From: Eledone cirrhosa
Lineage: Eukaryota
DNA: 64,000 bases
Direction: 5' to 3'
Assembly (NCBI GenBank): GCA_964016885.1
Contig: OZ024742.1
Location: 249,178,001 to 249,242,000 of the forward strand
The notes beneath the pieces were generated by a model that was given only the letters and a program-made list of their open reading frames with translations, had not been told where the DNA came from and did not search any database. Shown piece after piece: positions 1 through 11,219 of the stretch (within the stretch, counting starts at the first letter, position 1; the number at the start of each line of letters is the position of its first letter). Made by a program: the position numbers and the translations under genes.

Positions 1-2235
1 CCTCGACGGCCTGCCGCGTCTCTCGAACATGGACGCCGAGTTCTGCGAAGGACCGATCACGGACACTGAGATACGGGACGCTCTGGACCGTTGCGGGAAG
101 CGCAAGTCACCCGGTCTAGATGGTCTACCCTACGAGTTTTACATAGGCATGCCAGACTTGTTCTCTGGCGTCCTCGAAGCCGTCTACTGCAATTGGCAGC
201 AGAACGGGAGAATTCCCAGTTCTGCAGGCAAGGGTGTAGTAATGCTGATCAGGAAAGACGAGAACAAGGGGGACGAAATTAACAACTTCAGGCCCATAAC
301 TCTGCTCAAGACAGAGTTAAAGATTTTGGCCAAGGTGCTAGCGACGAGGTTGGCGCTTGTCGTCGAGAACCTGGTAGGGAAAGCGCAAACATCTGCAATC
401 CCGACCAAGTCCATACACGACAACATCCACCTCATGCGATACATCATAGAGAGGGTGGGTAGTAAACCCGGCTTCGGTGGGGCTCTGATCAACTTGGATC
501 AGTCTAAGGCATTCGAAAGGGTCGACCATCGATACTTGGAAGCGGTTCAGAGGATGGATCGAGGCGATGCACACCAGCATCTGCTCGAGGGTCAAGGTCA
601 ACGGCTACCTATCGAAGCCGTTCGCAATCACGCGTTCCATTCGACAGGTGTGCCCTCTCTCCTCCATTCTGTATGTATTGACTCTAGAGTCACTACTGCG
701 CAAAGCGGCGTCGGCTTATGCCGACGACGTGAAGGTAATGGTGTCGAGCCCCTCGGAAATCGGGGTGATCGGCAAATTACTGAAAGAATACGAAACGCTA
801 ATGCGAGCAAAACTAAACCCGGACAAGTCTGTCGGTTTGCAACTCGGTACGTGGAGAGGCAAACCGATGACGTCTGACAGCGTCGGTGGACGCTGGACGG
901 ACGGACCGGTTAAATTGCTCGGAGTCTGGTTCGGTCCAGACCTCCGGGTGGAGAAAAACTGGAACGAGGTCACGGCCAAGGTGTTTGCACTCACTCAGAA
1001 GTGGGCAGAGTGCAAACTGTCCTTGAAAGGTCGAGAGGAGGTTGCGAACACTTTCATAGCGTCCGTCATCTACCACCGCTTGACTGTCGTGCCTTGTCCC
1101 CGTGAAAACCTCGCCAAGATGGAACGCATGCTCTTCCAGTTTCTGTGGAAGAAGCAGGCTCCGCTGGTGAGGAGATCCGTCTGCTGTCAGCACCCTCCAA
1201 CGGAGGGCTGGGAATGCCGTGGCTGATGATGCGCAAACATGCGCTGAGGCTGCGGCATCTCCAGGTATTCTTCACCGACTCCCAACCGGTGTGGGCACCG
1301 TTTGTGAGACAGGCTTTCCCACAGCTCGTCTCGCTGACGGAGCTGCAGTCCTGGGTGAAGAAAAGACCGAAAAGGATGGGCGCCTGGCACATTGAATGCG
1401 CTCAGGCGCTCACAGTCCTCTGGCAAGCGGGCGCAGCAATCAGTGGAGACCTATGTACAACTTCCAGAGGTCCCTGGCCTGGCAGTGATACCGAGGAGCT
1501 CTACCGGTTCGTGACAAGATCTACAGGCACGGACGCCCAGGCAGGGATCCTTCCAAGAGGACGTGTCCAAGATGCGCGCAGGACATTGAAACAGTCCTGC
1601 ACGCAATTGTACACTGCCCGGGCGTAACCGACTTGTGGAACTATGCAGAACAACTGCTGTCGCGTATGGGACAAATCCAGTTAACTGCCGAGTCCATAGT
1701 AAGGATCAAACCGCCAGTCTCTTTCAAAAACGAAAGAGAGGTGGTTTTCCTCTGTACGGTGGCTATGGTGAAAGAAGTTATATGGTGGACGAGGTTGAGA
1801 GGACTGAGGACAAATGCCTTTCTCTCCGGATAACAATTGATTCCCTTCTTTAAGTATCACTTTAGAAGGAAAATCAGGGTGGAGAGAGAGGCACTGCACC
1901 CCAGTAAATTTACTGAAAGGTGGATGAATGAAGCGAAAATGGCCAGAGTGATTAGGCCTTCTCTGTTTATAAGCCTGTAGGTTGGAGAAGAGAGCAAAAG
2001 GAAGAAAGGGGCACTTGCACAATACACTCCTGGAGTTGAGGGTTGTTCTATCGACGGGGTATTAAACAACCCATTTGTGGCGCCTCCCCCCTATTGGGGA
2101 TTTCGATTGTTGTAATTGTTTGTTTTTATATTTTTTACACGACTGTATGTAAAATCCCCGGCATGTCTTTGTATTGTCCCTTGTTCTTGTTGCGCCCTTG
2201 TGGCTAATAAAGAAATCTATCTATCAATCTATCTA
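1..2235 (+). mobile_element. Tx1-clade (L1/Tx1) LINE, 3' portion, frameshifted (RT + C-terminal zinc motif), with (ATCT)n tail
   Basis: ORFs 29-877, 567-1226 and 1145-1627 give KSPGLDGLPYEFY, NFRPITLL, LDQSKAFERVDH, AYADDV and GGLGMP. It ends CTTGTGGCTAATAAAG plus ATCT repeats. Same family as 55237-60642. Confidence 0.93.
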
Positions 2236-2237
2236 CT

Positions 2238-2320
2238 CGCCTGATAAAAAGCATTCGCAAGTTTGTCATATTAAAGCTTTATGACTAATGCAGGGGCATG
2301 ATTCGAAACATAAGGTAGCG
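2238..2320 (+). ncRNA. Decayed hammerhead-like motif (core CUGAUAA, extended stem II)
   Basis: cgc-CTGATAA-[gcatt..gtcata..tatgac..aatgc]-GAAA-cataagg-TA-gcg. Stem I cgc/gcg. G8 of the core is replaced by A. Confidence 0.35.
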
Positions 2321-3439
2321 TCAAACTGTGCATAAGTGTGGTTTTGCATAACATTGAGCCTGACCTGCTCGAAGACGTAAAACAAGGCGCCGGACAGATG
2401 CTTATGAGACAACATAATAACATAGAAACAGGTGACAAGTAACTATGCCAGAATGCTGTACAAAAACAACGCCATAAGGAAGGAAATGTAGATAGACTAT
2501 CGTCAGAAAAGAGGAGAGCAAGTGAGAAAGAGAGACAGAGTGAACCATCTCGGTGGGTATACACGTATGTGTGTATATGTTTATATGTAAACATACATTC
2601 ATAATACACACATCATACATACATAAATTCATAATACATGCATACATAAATTTATACAAACATAAATACATGCATACATACATATATACATACATGCATA
2701 CATACATACAAAAATATGCATTCATACGTGCATATATACGATATTGTTACATACGTTTTTAAACTCATAATAACATACATTTATATGCGAACACGGTGAT
2801 GTAACGTCACATATATTAAGAAATGAGCCATGTAACGCTTCAAAACAATTTTCCACCCCACACTACATATGTTGCTTTAAATACACGTAGAATTCTAATT
2901 ATTATGAAAAAGCCTTATCCATGTTGCAAAGATATTTGAATTCAATTGTGACAAAACTTTCTCGGGAGTTTTAAAGAACAGCATCGTTTATTTTTAAAAT
3001 TTATTATAAATATCTGATCTAATCGTATAAATTTCTATCGAACAAATCTTGTTTATAATCGCACAGGAGCTACCACATAAACAAAGATTTATATGAATCA
3101 CGTATACAATCTGAGCTTAGAAATTCGGTTTTATACAAAGGTTAAAAAATCTGTGGAATTTCAAAAACCCAGTGTTTAATCTTAGCTCAAAACATATACA
3201 TGACCAAAGCAAAATGTATCAATAGCTGAGACTCATTACGTTTAACTGCCGAGCTATCTGATTCAAAGTAGGCTAGCATTTCAAAGGAAGCGATTAAAGA
3301 TTACCATTAACATAAACGAACCAGTAACAGCGTCAAAACTACCACCGAAGATAAAACAGAATGCTCAACTAAATATAGCAATAACCAAAAATGTTGCTCT
3401 ACTTCACAAAAACAGGAATACGGAAAACTTTCCTACACT

Positions 3440-5740
3440 TTTTAAGTGATCTGGCATGTATGATTCAGCAGATTGACAAACTTGATTTGAATGACAGGGC
3501 ATACAACACCAATATAAGTAAAGTAGGTTCTACATTAGAACTAGAATTAGTAAAATGCAATCATCTGAAAGCAACACAGTCAACAGCTGTGAAAACAACA
3601 TGCAAAACCATTATCATCTTCATATAGGTGCTAGCTATCCCATTGCTAGCACCTATATGAAGTTGAGTTCTTGCCATGCAGTCAAGATACAAGCATAAGA
3701 CGTTTTATTCATGCGAAGTAGTATTTTCCAGATCCTTGAAATTAGGAAATGTAACGTAGACAGTATCAATCTGATCTTGAAATAACAGAAGACCTGAACA
3801 AGATGGGGGGGGGGGGGGGAGGATGTGCGTGTCATTATAGAGCAGCTACTAATTAACATAATAATCCAGCAAAAAAGTAAAGAGCAGCAGGATTGTGACT
3901 GAACTACCAGAAGGCCTTTAATAGTATGTCTTATGTTTGTATTATCAATGACCTATCCTTAGCTACAACCACAAGTAACTTCTATCCAACGCTTGAACAA
4001 GAATTGTTACACCAATTTACATCATAGGAGTGATAAGAAGCAAATTAAATCTGATATCATACACTAACAAAGGGTATTTGGCAGGGCAATCCCTTGACAG
4101 TGCTACTATTCGTCTTCTCGTTATACCTACTACCATACCTGTTCAATACACAATGATCATAAATATGCATCCAGAGGTTTCTCCCACCTTTTATTTCTTC
4201 TTGATTTGAAGTTGTATAGGTCAAATAACTACAACACCAAAAGACAATTGGATCTCATTATTCAAAGCATATGGCCTAGTGGTAAGGGTTTGGACTTACG
4301 ATCGTAATGTTGTAGGTTCGATTCCTTGGCTGGGTTGCGAGTTGTGTTCTTGAACAAAACACTTCCTTTCATGTGGCTCCAGTATACTCAGCTGAAAATG
4401 ATTACCAGCAATAGCTGGGGGTTTAACCCTGCGATGTGGCGGTGGCGTGTACTCTCAGTCGGTTGACGCCATGAAACCGGGATAAGCACCGGGTCAGCGC
4501 GCTGCTTGCAGTACACAGGGGCATGCATGCATTCAATTCTACACAGACAATGGAATAAAATTTAGCGATTTTAAATGTGCATATTTATTGAAAAATGTGA
4601 GCTCACCTTCAAAAATCTTCACAAACCACTTGATGATACAATTACATAAATCAAATGACAATTACAGGATAAGAAAGTCAGTTATGATGGACGCATAGAT
4701 ATGACAAGGACTTGGAATGTATACTTAAGGATACGAAAGCAAATAAGTTCATCAGACCAGCCAGTGTGCAACAAACACATTGCCTACAACACTTTTGCTA
4801 TGCCCATCTAACATTTGGTATGCTGAACTAGTCATTGCAAGAAATAAATGAGATGGACGGGAAATATTAACATCAATGAGAATGTGGAGAAACTATATTT
4901 CCCACCCAATGACGGGGCCTATAATCCATATGAACGCATGGTACTAGAGCCGGTTAGCAAAACTGAAGCAACATTTTCAACATAAAAAAAAGTCAGTAAC
5001 TATTTTACCCAGGTTTATGAGCAGGAATATAACAAACATTGTTAAGATAGCAACTGATCAAGAATAGAGACATGAAACAAACGCTGACACAGATCTGTCA
5101 TCCTAGAACTTTGAAAAACTCTGCTCATTGCTCGAGCAAAATAAAAATTAAACTAGTTCACCGAGTAAGTTTTACATAAGTACGTGACACAAAAAACGCA
5201 GACCATATAGGAGATAAACCACACAACAGTCTGACATGAAGCTCCGGCAAATTTATAACATCCCGTCTAGAAAGATACCTACATGCAATCCAGAAATTAA
5301 AAAAATCTCCTCCTTGAATATACTGTACAAAAGATGAAAGTCATCAGTTGATAATAAATGAGGCTGTGCAAAAGAAAGACCGGAGATATTAAACACATTG
5401 TTGGCAACTGTCAAAGATTGTTACTATTGTAACTTGTTACTACCTTCCCATAGGCAGGATGATGTAGCCAGAACAATCTAGAATGCACTACGGAAAACGA
5501 AAGTGAGAAGAATATATTGAAACTGATGGCTCAAAGTAATATTGGAAAAACCTAAAAACAAAAACCGCCACTAAATGCAAGCACTCCGGGCTGATATTGT
5601 TGTTTGCTGAAAATGTACTCTGATATTGTTGGCTGAAAATGTACTCTGTAGTAGAAGTCAGCTGCCCACTCGCTGCTCATGTACTAAGAAATATACCATA
5701 GAAAGAGGTTATCTACGGATCATAAATAAAGAGTAACTAG
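3440..5740 (+). mobile_element. Highly decayed R4/Dong-like RLE non-LTR retrotransposon
   Basis: Manual translation gives GIWQGNPLTVLLFV (~4073), HLLFLLDLKLY (~4186), NTFAMP (~4787), YLP..DDVARTI*NALRK (~5440) and EVSCP (~5655). These are colinear with the better-preserved copy at 34461-36130. The left boundary is approximate. Confidence 0.75.
4267..4500 (+). mobile_element. tRNA-derived SINE inserted in the R4/Dong-like LINE
   Basis: A-box TGGCCTAGTGG and B-box GGTTCGATTCC, followed by the TGTGTTCTTGAACAAAACACTT body. Related copies at 16720-17020 (-) and 17284-17385 (+). Confidence 0.8.
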
Positions 5741-5825
5741 TATCAAAATTCAATTTCACACATATGTTTTGAGATACGTATGACAGAACTTAGATTGTTG
5801 AAGAAAAAATGGCCATAATATATGA

Positions 5826-5944
5826 CTTCTTTTTCTTTTTTTTTTCCTTTTTCTTTTTCTTTTTCTTTTTCTTTTTCTTTTTCTTTTTCTTTTTTCTTTT
5901 TCTTTTTCTTTTTCTTTTTCTTTTTCTTTTTCTTTTTCTTTCTT
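5826..5944. repeat. (TTTTTC)n microsatellite
   Basis: Direct reading. Explains the poly-K/E/F ORFs. Confidence 0.95.
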
Positions 5945-7100
5945 CCAGCGGTACCTGTCAGAAGCAACCAAGATCATGGCTGTTATCCAACCGTCAATAA
6001 TGTCGGAGCTGTGATCTCTCTATTCTCAGAACTATGCAATCTATCGAGTAAGGATACTGCGAAGACCCTTTGGAGGAACCCCATTTCGGCAGCTTGTATT
6101 TGCGATCGTATTCTTTCGGTCATTACCCAATATTCATGACCATAGGTTAGGGTTGGCACAAATACTGAACTAAAGATAGCGAGTTTGGCTTTTTCGCCCA
6201 CCTTCCTTCTGATTACTGACTGCAGAAACTGGCGCATTACTGCACCAACTCCTGAAATTCTTGCACTTAATTCAGTCTCCTGCCTTCCAACGTAAACATG
6301 ACCCCGGGATACTTGAACTTCTCTACTTGCTTCAGTGGAACTCCATACAAATGTAGAGTTTACAGCGCAGGCTTCCTTGAGAGGATGAGTGTCTCAGTTT
6401 TCGAAGCACTAATTTTCATTCCAGCCATGCAGCACTCGGCATCAAACCTATCAAGGGCAAGTTGTAGATCACCTTTCTGTCGCGTCTGCAAATTCCAGCC
6501 GACTGATTCTACACCCGCCAGTCATGACACCACTTCCAACCCGGCTGCGCATATCAATCCTGTTCATGTAAATAATTGTTTCTACATTTGGCACAAGGCC
6601 AGCAATTAACCAGTGTATTACTGGTACTTTATTTCATCGACCCCGTAAGGATGAAAGGAAAAGTTAACCTCGGCGTTTCGATTTAGCACCATTTATCCGA
6701 ACACAAATACACGGGCATTCGTATAGAAACATCAGGGCATCAAGAAACTGACCTTCGACCCCATACTCCTGCAGAACCTTCCACAGCAGTTCCCGGGCAA
6801 AGCGGTTATATGCCTTTTCAAGGTCGAGAAAATAAGAATATACCGAAGTGTGAATATTTAGTCTGCTGTGCTACGTCCTCGGTGAAAACTGCACTCTTCA
6901 TCAGTTAATTCGGACAGTCTTCCTGCATCTCTCTGCCTTTACTCGCCTCGTCATAGCCACGTCACTGGATTCTGAGAGTTTTCTTGGGAGCTACAGGTGT
7001 CACCTATTGCGTCATCTTCCCTTATAATTTACCGCTAAGATACAAAGGGTAAACAGTTGCATAAAAACAATGGAAATTCCCTTCCCTTTACAAACATACT
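5945..7100 (-). mobile_element. RTE-clade (Expander/Rex3-like) LINE fragment, interrupted by a SINE
   Basis: ORF 5983-6237 AKLAIFSSVFVPTLTYGHEYWVMTERIRSQIQAAEMGFL. KFKYPGVM at ~6300-6320 and FLDLEKAY at ~6808-6831 on the minus strand. Confidence 0.8.
6573..6675 (-). mobile_element. SINE 3' fragment (family of 52267-52815)
   Basis: Reverse complement of GAGGTTAACTTTxCCTTTCATCCTTACGGGGTCGATxAAATAAAGTACCAG...GCTGGCCTTGTGCCAAAxGTAGAAAC. Confidence 0.85.
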
Positions 7101-7145
7101 GCTGGGAAGGTGGCCGATAAAATAACCTCGAAGTTAAGAGAAAAC

Positions 7146-10100
7146 ATACATACATACTTACATACATACGTGATGATGGCTGCCCACTCGTTATCGAGTA
7201 TGGCCATTGCACGAGAAAAAAACCCCCATAATAATAACAATAATAATAATTGTTTCTACTTTTGGCACAAGGCCAGCAATTACGCAGTACATTACTGGTA
7301 CTTTATTTTATCGACCTCGTAAGGATGAAAGGCAAAGTTAACCCCGACGGGATTTGAACTCACACCGTAAAGGGACGTAACTATGGTGGAAAGCATGGCG
7401 TCCAACCCTCTACCGATACTGCCAATTCACCGCCTAACAATAATATTAACGACAGCAACAACAATAATAATATACATATATATATATATATACATACACG
7501 CGCACACACATAAACATATCTACACACACACACACGATAGCAATTAACAGCGCTGCGATCAAATGTAGCTTTTTAGCCCAGGCAATGATCTAAAATGTCT
7601 TGCACAGAGTTGGCAACCAATACATACATTGGGAATAGCCCGCTATGGTTGGAGTCATGTACGTTTGAGCCCTCCTGCTGATTTACATTCTCTACCACAT
7701 GCTTGGCAAGCATGAGTAGCCTCCCCAACAGCAGCCTGGTAGTCAACCAGTGGTCTTTCTTTATGACTGCGAAGATTACTTTCGAGTCCAGCTTTGCTTA
7801 GGCAGAGTCCTGCACAGACGCTGCATGTCAGCGCCATAGGAGGACCTTCGCCGTCTGGAAATGCAGCAGCAATGCCCTTCCTCACATCCCGCTTTACTTT
7901 CTCGTATACGATTCGAGATGCCTCAAAGGCAACTTTCCCCTCCTATACAGTCTTCTCCATTTATTACGATCGGCAGCAACATTTTCCCATGTATCAGCAG
8001 AGATGTTAGCGTCTTTCAAAGAGGCTTTCAACGAATCCTTATACATCTTTTTTGGTTTATGTGGCGGTCGTTTTCCTTTAACTAATTCTCCATAAAAGAG
8101 TTGTTTTGGTATTCTAGAATCCTTCATCCCGGCAAGGTGACCACTCCATCGGAGTCGTTGCTTAAGCACAAGAGCTTCTATACTGTCACACAGAGAGCTT
8201 TCCAAAATCTCGACATCACTGATGTGGTCCCTCCAGTGAATGCCATGGATCCGTCTTAGACACATCTGATGGAAACGCTCCAATTGCTTAAGGTGGTGTC
8301 GATATGTGACCCAGGTCTCGCAGGCATAAAGAAGAGAAGAGAGCACACATGCCTTGTACACCTTTACCTTTGTCTTCTTGCACATGTCTCGCCGACCCCA
8401 GAGTCACGTTTCTAGCTTTCCGAAAGCATCACTTGCTTTCCTAATCCTGAGTGGGATTTCATTATCAAGGTTACTGTATCGATTGACAGTGCTTCCCAGG
8501 TAGACAAACCGATCAACCACTCCAAGTCGTTTACCATACACATAGATGTTTGGTTCAGTGTACTGCTTACCAGGGGCAGGTTGGTACAAGACGACGGTTT
8601 ACTTGAGACTGACAATCAATCCTAGGGCAGTGCAAGCATCAGAAAATGCATTCAAAATGTGCTGCATATCACTCTCTGTGTGCGCTACAAGATCGCAATC
8701 ATCTGCATACAAGAGGTCTCTTATGATTGATGTAAATACTTTTGTTTTTGCAGCAAAGCGCCTGATGTTAAATATGCTGCCTGAAGTTCGATATCGGATG
8801 TAAACACCATGCTAACAAATCCTGAATTCAATAAAGAAAACCATTGCAAAGTATATGGCAAACAAGGTCGGTGCTGGAATATCCCCCCGTTTCACTCCAT
8901 TTTTTACTGATAGGACCCGACATGTTTCCTCCGACATTGACCCAAGCCTTCATATCGTCATGGAAAGACCTAACTAAAGCAAGGAACTTATCCGGGCAAC
9001 CAAGTTTCTGGAGAACCTTCCATAATGCATTTCTGTTAACAGTATCGAAAGCTTTTGTCAGATCGACAAAAACTTGATACAGATCCAAACCTTGTTCCAT
9101 GCACTTCTCCTGGAGCTGTCTAGCTGATAAGCTCATATCAGTAGTGCCGCTTCCAGCACGAAAACCAGATTGACTTTCAGGAAGAACACAATCTGCAATG
9201 TGTGTCAGCAGACAGTCCAGAAACACCCTACATAAAACTTTCCCTACGACAGAAAGCAATGATATACCTCTATAGTTCCTACAATTATTCCTCTTACCCT
9301 TTCCCTTGTACAAGACCACCATTACTGCATCTCTCAAGTCCTCAGGTACGGATTCATTATTCCATATCCTGCCAAACAAAGAGTGAAGATGTTGAAGGAG
9401 TCTCTCACCACCATATTGTAGGAGCTCTGCATGTATGCCATCCATACCTGGAGACCTTCCACTGTTCAGCTTCGAGATAGCCACTGCAACCTCCACAAGC
9501 GTCGGAGGTTCTGCGAGAGCTACCTTCACAGGTTTTTCTGGAATGAGATTGAGGAAATCTTCATTGACGACAGACGGCTGATTCAAAAGCTCATGAACGT
9601 GCTCTCGCAACCTTCGTAGAATTCCTTGTGAGTCACGAAGAAGTTCTTTGTCATCCTTGCTGCGAAGCGGTGTCACCAGAGAAGTAGACGGTCCATAAAC
9701 TTCACGCAAGAGCCTGTACAACAACTTTGTGTTATTGGAATCTGATGCAGTTTGTATCTCATCAGCCTTCTCACTCCACCACTGATCCTTCATCTGAGAA
9801 AGACTCCGCCTAACACATGATTTCACATCATTGAGTTCCTTATGCAACATATTCTTCTCCTGTAGTTTTGCCGTCAAGTAGCGTGACAGAGCAAGCATCT
9901 TATCAGCCAACAAGTCTTCTATATGTTCATCATTCTCATTAAACCAATTTTGATGATTTCTCTGCACCAATCCCAGAACACGCCTGCCTACATCATATAC
10001 CGACTTTTTAAGAGTCGACCAATCCTCACCAAGATCTGCAACCTGCATCTCTTCTTGCAATGTTCTCTTTATCCTTAAGACGAGCAGCATTCAATCTTCT

Positions 10101-10990
10101 GGGCAGGGCAACATAAGGAGCCCGGATTTTACGTTTAGTGATTAGTTTCACTTTTGCGCGTACCAGGCGGTTGTCCGTCCAGCACTCAGCTCCACGAAGA
10201 GCACGAACACACTGCACATCCCGTCTGTCAGGCATCCTGACTAGGACGTATTCCAAAAGATGCCATTCCTTAGACGCAGGATGCATCCATGTAGTCTTAA
10301 ATTTGTTCATTGTTGGAACATGGTGTTGGTAACACACAGATCCAGCTCCTCACACATCTGCAGCAGGAGCATACCATTGTTGTTACACTTTCCCACCCCA
10401 TGCCTTCCGATTACGTTCCATGTGTTAAAATCCCTACCCACTCGTAACATTAAAGTCACCAAGCACGATGACTTTGTCTGCTTGGGGGATATTTCTTAAA
10501 ACCCCTTTCAAGGCATGGTAAAATGACACTTTTTCTTCATCGACAGAATTCATAGTTGGAGCATACACACTCACCAGGGTAGCATATCTTCCTTTGTCCA
10601 GCAGAATTCTCATGGACATAAGACGTTCACTAATCCCTACTTGGAATACTTCTAATTTATTCACAAGAACAGTCTTAACAGCAAATGCTACCCCAGCCTC
10701 TCTCCTGGTTCCTTCATCTCTTCCTTTCCAGAAGAATGTATATTCTCCACAAAATTCTGTAAGATGACCATCTCCAGCTAACCTCGTCTCAGATAAAGCT
10801 AGGATGTCAAGATCGTAACGTCGAAGCTCCTTTGCAACACGAGCGGTCCTTCGTTCAGGACGTTCCAAGGAATCCCTGTCAAGCAGCGTCCGTACGTTCC
10901 AGCAGCCAATACTAAATACCTTGTTTAGCTCAATTACAGTGGCACGATGACGAGCGGGCCCAGGCTGTGATAACCTGGGGGCCCTGCCCT
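7146..10990 (-). mobile_element. Near full-length RTE (BovB-like) LINE, decayed: APE + RT + three C-terminal C2H2-type zinc fingers and 3' tail
   Basis: APE IGCWNVRTLLDR..LALSETR (10434-11144). RT SPGMDGIHAE, NYRGISLLS, FVDLTKAFD (8828-10090) and LLYADD (~8700). RLRWSGH (7894-8385). CxxC fingers at 7559-7885. The 3' tail ACTCGATAACGAG..GCAGCCATCATC at 7160-7212 is assigned to this copy by inference. Confidence 0.92.
7245..7436 (-). mobile_element. Full tRNA-derived SINE (Meta/MESC-like core) inserted in the RTE 3' UTR
   Basis: Minus strand GGCGGTGAATTGGCAGTATCGGTAGAG..GAGTTCAAATCCC..TTTGCCTTTCATCCTTACGAGGTCGATAAAATAAAGTACCAG, with an (ATT)n tail. Confidence 0.88.
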
Positions 10991-11109
10991 TATTGCCAAT
11001 TATCTCTTTTGTTCCAGTACCCTTATTGCAAATTATCTCTCTTATATTGTTTTGGGACATCATTGAAATGGGAAAAGAAAAAAAGAATGTAATAATAATA
11101 GTAACAATA

Positions 11110-11216
11110 ATAATTGTTTCTACTTTTTGGCACAAGGCCAGCAATTACCCAGTACATTACTGATACTTTATTTTATCGACCCCGTAAGGATGAAAGGCAA
11201 AGTTAACCTCGATGGG
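11110..11216 (-). mobile_element. SINE 3' fragment (same family as 7245-7436)
   Basis: Near-identical to 7245-7345. Confidence 0.85.
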
Positions 11217-11219
11217 ATA

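Noticed and set aside
4267-4335. tRNA gene-like A/B boxes (also 17284 and 52267)
   Set aside because: No closed cloverleaf. They continue into SINE bodies.
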